Assembly (NCBI GenBank): GCA_052390515.1
Contig: JBQTGV010000101.1
Coordinates: 1-13,138 of the forward strand
Length of the DNA: 13,138 nt
From: Candidatus Eiseniibacteriota bacterium
Lineage (GTDB): Bacteria > ARS69
Direction: 5' to 3'
Shown here: positions 6,526-13,138 of the stretch, one piece after another
Numbering within the stretch: position 1 is the first letter of the stretch
Layout: every line of letters begins with the position of its first letter
The notes under the pieces: model-generated
Database searches by the model: none
The model's input: the letters and a program-made list of their open reading frames with translations, nothing else
What the model was told of the DNA's origin: nothing
Made by a program: the position numbers and the translations under genes

Positions 6526-7095
6526 TCAGCCGGCGGCGGATTCCCCCAACGCGCCGAAGAGCCAGGCCCGCGCGAAGGTCCAGTCGCGCTTCACGGTGCG
6601 CGCGGTGACGCCGAGCACGTCGGCGACCTCGTCGACGCTCAGGCCGGCGTAGAAGCGGAGGCGGACCACGGTCGCGCCGCGCTCGTCCACCGTGTGCAGC
6701 CGCTGCAGCGCGCCATCCAGCGCCAGGATCTGGTCCAGGTCGTAGTCCACGGCGAGGTCGGCGGCCGCCAGGTCCGAGAGGGACACCTTCTCCCGAGGCC
6801 GCCCCTCGATGCCGCCGCGCTTCTCCCGGCCGCGGGCTCGCGCCCGTTCGATCAGGATCCGGCGCATCGCCTCGGCGGCCGCGGCGAAGAACTGCGCGCG
6901 GCTCGCCCACAACTTGGGTCCCTCGCCGGCCAGGCGCAGGTAGGCCTCGTGCACGAGCTCGGTGGAGCGGAGGGTCCCGCCGGCGCGCTCGCTGCGGAGC
7001 CGCGCGTGGGCCAGCTCGCGGAGCTGGGCGTACAGGGCGCCGAGCATCTCGGAAGTCGGCTCGGCGGGATCGGGGGCGTCGGGCTGGTCGGTCAC
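6526..7095 (-). CDS. ECF-type RNA polymerase sigma factor, Ser/Thr-kinase-associated type (TIGR02999/ECF43-like)
   Basis: LYAQLRELA...TLRSTELVHEAYLRL...FFAAAAEAMRRILIERAR (sigma2) and VVRLRFYAGLSVDEVADVLGVTARTVKRDWTFARAWL (sigma4). The start is taken as GTG 7095 (or 7098); the longer ORF-track start overlaps the kinase. Confidence 0.9.
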   Translation of the reverse strand: MTDQPDAPDPAEPTSEMLGALYAQLRELAHARLRSERAGGTLRSTELVHEAYLRLAGEGPKLWASRAQFFAAAAEAMRRILIERARARGREKRGGIEGRPREKVSLSDLAAADLAVDYDLDQILALDGALQRLHTVDERGATVVRLRFYAGLSVDEVADVLGVTARTVKRDWTFARAWLFGALGESAAG

Positions 7096-7101
7096 CACCC
7101 G

Positions 7102-7110
7102 ATCGTAGCA
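7102..7110 (-). promoter_or_regulatory. possible extended -10 element (TGCTACGAT) for a leaderless sigma factor mRNA
   Basis: TGnTACGAT lies 6 nt upstream of GTG 7095, and no clear Shine-Dalgarno sequence is present. Confidence 0.35.
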
Positions 7111-7126
7111 CGCGGTTTCACGCGGC

Positions 7127-9946
7127 TCACTGCCGGGCGAGGCTGTCGATCTGCGCGTGGAACGCCGCGGCCTGCTCCGGCCGGCCGAGCGCCTCGAGAA
7201 CCTCGGCGGCACTACGGAGCGCCGTGCGCTTGCTTCCTTTGGCGAAGGCGGCATCGGCCATCAACGGCTCCACGCTGTCCACGAGCAGCGTTTCCGCCGC
7301 CGCCGCGTCGCCCGCTCGGAGGATGCACTGCCCGAGCAAGTTCCGGCTCCACGCCAGCAGCACGGGATTCGGGTCGGTCGCCTGGCGCTGGCCGGCCAGG
7401 CACGTCTCCATCAGCTCCCGCGCCCCCCCGGTCTCCCCGCGCGCCAGCAGCACCGTGGCGAGAAACTGGCTGAACCGCGCGACGTCCGGGTGCGACGGAC
7501 CCAGCAGCTTCCGGTTGGTCTCCAGCGCGCGTCGCTCCAGATCCGCGGCCTCCTCCAGCCGGGAGACCCGGTACATGAGCCCGGCGAGCAGGTGCTGCAC
7601 CAGGGCGACCTCGGTGTGCTCTTCGCCGTACAGCCGGACGCGGATCGCCAGCGCCTCGCGGTAGAGGCGCTCGGCGTCCTCGAACCGGTCCTGCTTGAAG
7701 TAGAGGGCGCCGAGGTTGCCGAGGGACGCGGCCACGTCGGGATGCTCGTCGCCGAGGACCTTCCGCTGGATGGCCAGGCTCTCGAGGTAGAGCGGCTCGG
7801 CCTCGTCGTATCGCCCGAGGGACTTCACCAGTACGGCGAGGTTGTTCAGTCCGGTGGCGAGCGCGGGGTGGCTGTCGCCGAGGACGCGCCTTTCCAGCGC
7901 GATCGTCGCACGGTAGAGAGACTCGGCCTCGGCGTATTTCCGCTGGTTCTTCAGCACGTGAGCGAGGTTGGACATGCCCATCAGGACCGAGGGATGATCG
8001 TCGCCCGAGGCGGCGCGATGGATGGCGAGCGCCTCGCGCTGTGCGGCCTCCGCTTCCGCCAGGCGTCCCTGGGAGCGCAGCGCCTCGAACAACGTGAACA
8101 GCGCACCGGCGTACCGCGGGTCGGCGGCGCCGACGCTGTCCCGGTAGAGCTCGACGGACTCCCGCGCCAGCCGCTCCGATTCCTCGTACTTGCCGAGCGC
8201 ATGCTGCACGTTCGAGGAGAGGCCGAGATTGTACGCTGCCTCCTCCGCGTGCGAGGCCCGCTTCGGCCGCAGGATGGCGGCGGCCTCGTCCAGCACGACC
8301 TGCGCGGTGTCGGCGCGTCCGGCATCCAGCAGCACGTCGCCGAGCGCATCGAGCGCGGCGGCCCGCTCGACGCTGCCGCGTCCATGACGAGCGGCCGCCA
8401 CTTCGGCGCGCTCCCGAGCCAACGGAAGCGCCTCCGCCGGAAGCCCGAGGCCGTCGTAGGCCTGCGCGAGCGTGCCGAGCACCGCGGCCTGCACGTCCGG
8501 CTCACCGGCGAGCTCGGTGGAAACGCGCGCCGCCGCGCGGTCCAGGATGTCGCGCGCCAGCACCTGCTCGCCGCGCGCGCTGGCCGGATCGGAAGCGGAG
8601 AGCATCTCCTGGAGGAACGTGTTGATGTGCTCGGCCTTGAGCCGCTCGACACGCTGGCGGTGGTACATCACGGTCATGCCGAAGGCGAAGACGATCAGCG
8701 CGACGACGAGAGCACCCGCGAGCGCTGCCACGCCCCGGTGTCGTGCGACGAGCTTCTGGATCTGGTACGCGGTGCTCGGAGACCGGGCGAGAATCGGCTG
8801 ACTCGCCAGGTGGCGCTCCACGTCCTCGGCGAGCGTCGCGGCGCTGGAGTACCGCCGCGCGGGGTCCTTCTCCAGCGCCTTCAGCGTGATCCACTCGAGA
8901 TCGCCGCGCAGCCGCCGCGCGAGGGACTGCGGTTCCGTCCGGCGCATCGCCGCGATGGCGGCGGCCGACGCCCCGAGGGAAGAGAGCCGGGTCGTGAGGC
9001 GGGGAGGCTCGGTGTCGCGGATGAGCTGCAGGAGCTCGAGCAGTCCGCCTCCCGGCGTCTCGCGGCGGTCGAACGGCAAGTCGCCGACCAGCAGCTCGTA
9101 CAGGATCACCCCCAGCGAGTAGACGTCGCCGCGCGTGTCCACGCCGGCCGGGGAGGCCGAGGCCTGCTCCGGGCTCATGTACTCGGGAGTGCCGACGACG
9201 ACGCCCGCCTGAGTGTGCAGCGTCTCCTGCGTGAGGCGCGCCCCGAGCGCCTTCGCCACGCCGAAGTCGATCACCTTGACGAGCGGCTTCTCGCCCGCAC
9301 GCGTCACCAGCACGTTGGACGGCTTGAGATCGCGGTGGATCACGCCCTTCTGATGTGCGTGCTGGACCGCCTCGCACAGCTGCAGGAAGAGGCGCAGGCG
9401 ATCGTCGAGCCCGAGCCGCTCCGCGTCGGCGAACTTCGTGATGGGCAGACCCGCGACGTGCTCCATGACGAAGTACGGATCGCCGCCGGGCGTGACCCCG
9501 GCATCGTGCACCACCGCGATGTTGGGGTGGTCCATGAGGGCGAGCACCTGCCGCTCCGCCTCGAAGCGGGCCAGGACCTCGCTCGAGCCCGCGCCGGCGC
9601 GGAGGAGCTTCAACGCGACGTTGCGCCGGATGGGCTGGCGCTGCTCCGCCAGCCAGACCGTGCCGAACCCGCCCTCGCCGAGCCGCTCGAGAAGCGTGTA
9701 CGGACCGATCTCGCGGCCCACCCCGCCGGGGCCGGCCGAGGGCGGCGCCGGAACGGCGGCAGCATCCGCCGAAGGGAGGAACGATCCCGCCGCGTCGTGC
9801 TGTCCGAGGAGCTGCTCGATGCGGGAACGCAGCTCGGGCTCCCCTCCGCACTCGCGGTCGAGCAGGTCCCCTCGGGCGCCGGGCGGGAGCTCCGCGGCGC
9901 GCTCCAGGATGCTCTTGAGGCGGTCGAGGGGGTTGCCTGGGCTCAT
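7127..9946 (-). CDS. Hanks-type Ser/Thr protein kinase with transmembrane helix and C-terminal TPR repeats, ~939 aa
   Basis: Kinase motifs GEGGFG, VALK, HRDLKPSN, DFG, GTPEYMSPE and DVYSLG are all present. TM segment VAALAGALVVALIVFAFGMTVMY. TPR repeats of the LGxxHPxxAxxLNNLA...YxEAExLY type. Likely start ATG 9946 (MSPGNPLDRLK). Confidence 0.93.
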   Translation of the reverse strand: MSPGNPLDRLKSILERAAELPPGARGDLLDRECGGEPELRSRIEQLLGQHDAAGSFLPSADAAAVPAPPSAGPGGVGREIGPYTLLERLGEGGFGTVWLAEQRQPIRRNVALKLLRAGAGSSEVLARFEAERQVLALMDHPNIAVVHDAGVTPGGDPYFVMEHVAGLPITKFADAERLGLDDRLRLFLQLCEAVQHAHQKGVIHRDLKPSNVLVTRAGEKPLVKVIDFGVAKALGARLTQETLHTQAGVVVGTPEYMSPEQASASPAGVDTRGDVYSLGVILYELLVGDLPFDRRETPGGGLLELLQLIRDTEPPRLTTRLSSLGASAAAIAAMRRTEPQSLARRLRGDLEWITLKALEKDPARRYSSAATLAEDVERHLASQPILARSPSTAYQIQKLVARHRGVAALAGALVVALIVFAFGMTVMYHRQRVERLKAEHINTFLQEMLSASDPASARGEQVLARDILDRAAARVSTELAGEPDVQAAVLGTLAQAYDGLGLPAEALPLARERAEVAAARHGRGSVERAAALDALGDVLLDAGRADTAQVVLDEAAAILRPKRASHAEEAAYNLGLSSNVQHALGKYEESERLARESVELYRDSVGAADPRYAGALFTLFEALRSQGRLAEAEAAQREALAIHRAASGDDHPSVLMGMSNLAHVLKNQRKYAEAESLYRATIALERRVLGDSHPALATGLNNLAVLVKSLGRYDEAEPLYLESLAIQRKVLGDEHPDVAASLGNLGALYFKQDRFEDAERLYREALAIRVRLYGEEHTEVALVQHLLAGLMYRVSRLEEAADLERRALETNRKLLGPSHPDVARFSQFLATVLLARGETGGARELMETCLAGQRQATDPNPVLLAWSRNLLGQCILRAGDAAAAETLLVDSVEPLMADAAFAKGSKRTALRSAAEVLEALGRPEQAAAFHAQIDSLARQ

Positions 9947-10152
9947 CGGGAGTTCGTCCGGCCGGGGGAGATTCGATCCTAGCTCATGGGCGAACCGGCC
10001 GGTACCGGCTGCCGCCGCCTCTCCCACCGGCGAATCCGCCTGCCGGCCGCGCCTCTCCCGCGGTGACGGTTTTCCCCCGCGGTCCACGCAATGGCAGGGG
10101 AGCGGCCACCGCCGGGGCATCGGGCCCCCGCCGGCCGCAAGGAGGCGGCATC

Positions 10153-10461
10153 ATGCAGATCGAGAGGAGCCCCATGCTCCGCTTGGACAAGGCCATGGTC
10201 CTCGGCTACCTCAAGTCCGCGGGATCGAGCGATCCGGACGTCCTTCACACGCAGAAGAAGAACCTGCTCTCGCTCGCCCAGTTCCCGAAGTTCGTCGGCA
10301 CCTACCTGATGGTGATGGGCGGGCTGTGCACGGTCATGATCCTCACCGCGGTGATCGGGATCCCGCTCCTCTTCTTCGGTTGGTGGATGCGCAAGCGCGG
10401 CGTGGCCAACATCAAGGTGGTGGAGGCCGGCTGGAAGGAGTTCTCCGGCGCGACCGCCTGA
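10153..10461 (+). CDS. small hypothetical membrane protein (102 aa, hydrophobic hairpin)
   Basis: GGAGG at 10141-10145 precedes ATG 10153, and codon usage is host-like. It has the hydrophobic stretch FVGTYLMVMGGLCTVMILTAVIGIPLLFFGWW. Confidence 0.75.
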   Translation: MQIERSPMLRLDKAMVLGYLKSAGSSDPDVLHTQKKNLLSLAQFPKFVGTYLMVMGGLCTVMILTAVIGIPLLFFGWWMRKRGVANIKVVEAGWKEFSGATA

Positions 10462-10549
10462 GCGGCGGACGAAGCACCGATACGTCCTGGCTCGGGGACG
10501 GTCCGGCCGGTACCATGCCGGCGGCGGTGGATCCCGAACAGGAGCGGAC

Positions 10550-11251
10550 ATGAAGCTGAACGACTGCATCGCCCTCGTCACCGGGGGCAGCGCCGGCATC
10601 GGGCTGGAGACGGCGCGGCTGCTGAAGGCGAACGGCGCGAAGGTGGCCATCTGCGGCCGCACGCAGGACCGCGTAGAGAGCGCTGCGAAGGAGATCGCCG
10701 CGCTGCCGCTCGTCGGAGACGTGGGCCGCGAGGCGGACGCGGTCCGGATGGTGGAAGCCGTCGTCGGCGAGTTCGGCGACTACAACACGCTCATCAACAA
10801 CGCCGGCTGGGGGCGCTTCGCCCCGCTGCTCGACCTCGAGCTCGACGAGTTCAAGGCGGTGATGGACACGAACGTCTTCGGCGCGATGCTCATGGCGCGC
10901 GAGTCGGCACGCCACTTCGTGGCGAAGAAGCGCGGCAACATCGTCAACGTCTCGTCGACGGCCGGCGGGCGCGGCTTCGCTGGCGGCACGGCCTACGTCG
11001 CGACGAAGTTCGCGCTCGGCGGCATGACCGAGTGCTGGCGCGCGGAGCTGCGCAAGCACGAGATCCGCGTCATGCAGATCAACCCCAGCGAGGTGCAGAC
11101 CGAGTTCGGGTCCTCGCAGGGGCGGGTCCGCAAGCTCAGCGAGAAGAAGCTGCGAAGCGAGGAGATCGCCCACGCGATCCTGGCCATGCTGACCATGGAC
11201 GACCGCGGCTTCACCACCGAGCTGACCGTCTTCGCCACGAATCCGGACTAG
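10550..11251 (+). CDS. short-chain dehydrogenase/reductase (SDR) family oxidoreductase
   Basis: TGGSAGIG, NNAG, NVSS and catalytic YVATK motifs. AGGAG RBS upstream. Confidence 0.93.
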   Translation: MKLNDCIALVTGGSAGIGLETARLLKANGAKVAICGRTQDRVESAAKEIAALPLVGDVGREADAVRMVEAVVGEFGDYNTLINNAGWGRFAPLLDLELDEFKAVMDTNVFGAMLMARESARHFVAKKRGNIVNVSSTAGGRGFAGGTAYVATKFALGGMTECWRAELRKHEIRVMQINPSEVQTEFGSSQGRVRKLSEKKLRSEEIAHAILAMLTMDDRGFTTELTVFATNPD

Positions 11252-11423
11252 CGCCCGGTCACGGTAACTTCGCCCGACCCCGGAGAAACGACCGGCCCGG
11301 GCGGTGGACGGCGTCGTCCCCGGCGCGCCGGCCGGACTCTTCAAGCCCCGGCCCCACCGTCGATTCCGCGGCCTCGAGCGCCGCCCGGGGCGCGTGGCAT
11401 GCTCCGTGCAGACTCCGCCGGGC

Positions 11424-12701
11424 ATGACACGCTTCCTACCCTGGCTCGCCTTGCCGCTCGCGCTCATCGCCCCCCTGCCGGGATCGGCCGGCGGGAACTG
11501 CTCGGGCACTTCCGTCGGCCTTGCCCCGATCGACGAGCTGGCCGCGCCGTACCTCCTGACCGCCGCCGGCGGGCTGTATCCCGGCGGCGCGAACACGAAG
11601 CCGCCGGCGCACGAGGCAGACGGCCTCGCCGAAGCGGCGCACGTCGTTCCGCTCGATCAGGCCGGGAATCCGGATCCCGTGTCCGGGAAGATCGTGATCC
11701 TCACCGTCGGGTTCTCCAACACCTCGCACGAGTCCGCCGTGCTCGTGTCGCTGAGCAACGCCGACCCGCTGCGCCACCCTGCCGTGCGCGTGGTGAACGG
11801 AGCCCACGGCTCCGCGTCGGCCGAGGTCGTCCAGGATCCGGCGAACAAGTACTGGCCGTGGCTGCTCGCGACGCTCTCGCAACACGGGTACTCGCCGCTC
11901 CAGGTGCAGGCAATCTGGTACAAGCAAGCGACCGCTTCGCCGACCGCGCCCTTCCCGCTCCATGCTCTCGCGCTGCGCCAATACAACGTGAAGATCATGG
12001 GGATCCTGCGATCGCACTTCCCCAACGCGCGGCTGTGCTACGTGTCCAGCCGCATCTACGCAGGCTACTCGGTGACCACGGTGAACCCGGAGCCGTTCGC
12101 GTACGAGTCGGCGTTCGCGTACAAGTGGATGATCGGCGACCAGATCCGCGGCGTGCCGGAGCTCAACTTCGATCCGCAGCGGGGTGCTGTGACGTCGCCG
12201 TGGATCGCGTGGGGACCGTACCTCTGGGCGGACGGCACGCGGCCCCGCTCCGACGGCCTGGTCTGGCGCTGTCAGGACTTCGTCACCGACGGCACGCATC
12301 CTTCCCCGTCGGGAACGGCGAAGGTCGCCGCGCTGCTCCTGTCCTTCTTCCAGACGGACGCGACCACGCGCGGCTGGTACCTCGCCAACCCGACCACGGG
12401 AGTCAGCGTGCTCCCACCCGAATCCGACTGGGTCGTGCTCTCGCCGCGGCCCAATCCGTTCCGTACCCAGCTCGTGATCCCCGTGCAGTTGGACCGGGCC
12501 GGCACCGTGGCCGCGTCGGTTTACTCCATCGCCGGCCGGCGCGTGCGCACTCTTCCGCCCGCGGTGCTCGGTCCGGGCCTGCACGAGCTGACCTGGGACG
12601 GACGCGATGAGCTCGGGCGCGGAGTCGCCGCAGGCATCTACTGGATCCGCATCGAGGACGGCGGCTCCGCGCATACCCTCCAGGCGACCCTGATTCGCTG
12701 A
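11424..12701 (+). CDS. secreted protein with putative SGNH/GDSL-like hydrolase domain and C-terminal FlgD-Ig/T9SS-like sorting domain
   Basis: Signal peptide MTRFLPWLALPLALIAPLPGSAG. TVGFSNT, NGAHG and DGTHP resemble SGNH blocks I, II and V. The tail reads PRPNPF...YSIAGRRVRTL...TWDGRDELGRGVAAGIYWIRI. Confidence 0.75.
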   Translation: MTRFLPWLALPLALIAPLPGSAGGNCSGTSVGLAPIDELAAPYLLTAAGGLYPGGANTKPPAHEADGLAEAAHVVPLDQAGNPDPVSGKIVILTVGFSNTSHESAVLVSLSNADPLRHPAVRVVNGAHGSASAEVVQDPANKYWPWLLATLSQHGYSPLQVQAIWYKQATASPTAPFPLHALALRQYNVKIMGILRSHFPNARLCYVSSRIYAGYSVTTVNPEPFAYESAFAYKWMIGDQIRGVPELNFDPQRGAVTSPWIAWGPYLWADGTRPRSDGLVWRCQDFVTDGTHPSPSGTAKVAALLLSFFQTDATTRGWYLANPTTGVSVLPPESDWVVLSPRPNPFRTQLVIPVQLDRAGTVAASVYSIAGRRVRTLPPAVLGPGLHELTWDGRDELGRGVAAGIYWIRIEDGGSAHTLQATLIR

Positions 12702-12717
12702 CAAAGGAGAAAGTCCG

Positions 12718-13138
12718 ATGACTCCATCGAAAGCATGGTGGGCAGTTCTGGCAGTCGTTCCCGTCGGCCTCGTTTCGGCCCTCGTCATCGACGGGGGAGA
12801 AGGGCGGCGGGAAGTGATCCTGCCCGCGGGCACCTCGATCGTCGCGGCGCTCCAGGGCGAAGTGTCCACGGCGCGGAGCCGGCCGGGAGAGGGCGTCGAG
12901 CTCCGCAGCGTGCGGCCGCTGCCCGTGGAGGGCGAAGCTCCTATTCCCGCGGGCGCCATCATCCGCGGCCAGGTCACCGAGGCGGAGGGCGGCGGACGCA
13001 TGGGCGGTGCGCCGGAGCTCGGTCTGTCGTTCCGGGAGCTCGAGATCGACGGCGAGCGCTATCCCATCCAGGCGAACATCTATTACCTGAAGGGCAAGGG
13101 CGACACCATGGAGACGGTCGCGGAGATCGGCGGCGGAG
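12718..13138 (+). CDS. membrane-anchored TrbI/VirB10-like domain protein, partial (runs off window end)
   Basis: AAAGGAGA RBS, then ATG 12718. Translates as MTPSKAWWAVLAVVPVGLVSALVI...ILPAGTSIVAALQGEVST...IPAGAIIRGQVTEAEGGGRMGGAPELGLSF..., open to the window end. Absent from the ORF track because it has no stop. Confidence 0.7.
   Translation, partial: MTPSKAWWAVLAVVPVGLVSALVIDGGEGRREVILPAGTSIVAALQGEVSTARSRPGEGVELRSVRPLPVEGEAPIPAGAIIRGQVTEAEGGGRMGGAPELGLSFRELEIDGERYPIQANIYYLKGKGDTMETVAEIGGG

Noticed and set aside
2346-6608. 1420-aa plus-strand ORF
   Set aside because: Only the first ~152 codons resemble a real protein. The rest is the stop-free antisense frame of the GC-rich FG-GAP gene.
7157-9982. 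941-aa plus-strand ORF and other long overlapping ORFs (8502-9851, 6214-7473, 9438-10553, 11399-12610, 11436-13001)
   Set aside because: These are antisense or alternate-frame shadows of clear genes. They are Arg/Pro/Ala-rich with no motifs, as expected at this GC content.

Overview
This GC-rich bacterial window has two parts. The left ~2.8 kb looks like a decaying integron cassette array with no integrase in view. It contains a 5'-truncated RelE-like toxin with an intact Phd/YefM antitoxin, a 59-bp attC site, an NAD(P)H-binding protein cassette, an eroded second attC, and a 5'-truncated BrnT toxin with an intact BrnA antitoxin. Where a third attC would start sits a minus-strand IS110/IS1111-family remnant: the last ~24 codons of the transposase plus an apparently complete ~470-bp 3' non-coding end. 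That end can be drawn as a bridge/seek-type RNA with three guide loops. One loop matches the element's own end, and two carry attC-like guides (GTCTAAC, GACCAAC). The remnant is fused to an internal fragment of an AlbA_2/RecG-C-like gene. The right ~10 kb is ordinary chromosome. On the minus strand are a Ser/Thr kinase-TPR gene, an ECF sigma factor and a secreted protein with 14 FG-GAP repeats. On the plus strand are a small membrane protein, an SDR oxidoreductase, a secreted SGNH-like protein with a FlgD-Ig/T9SS-like tail, and a partial TrbI/VirB10-like gene. All family assignments come from motif recognition by eye; no searches or RNA folding were run.
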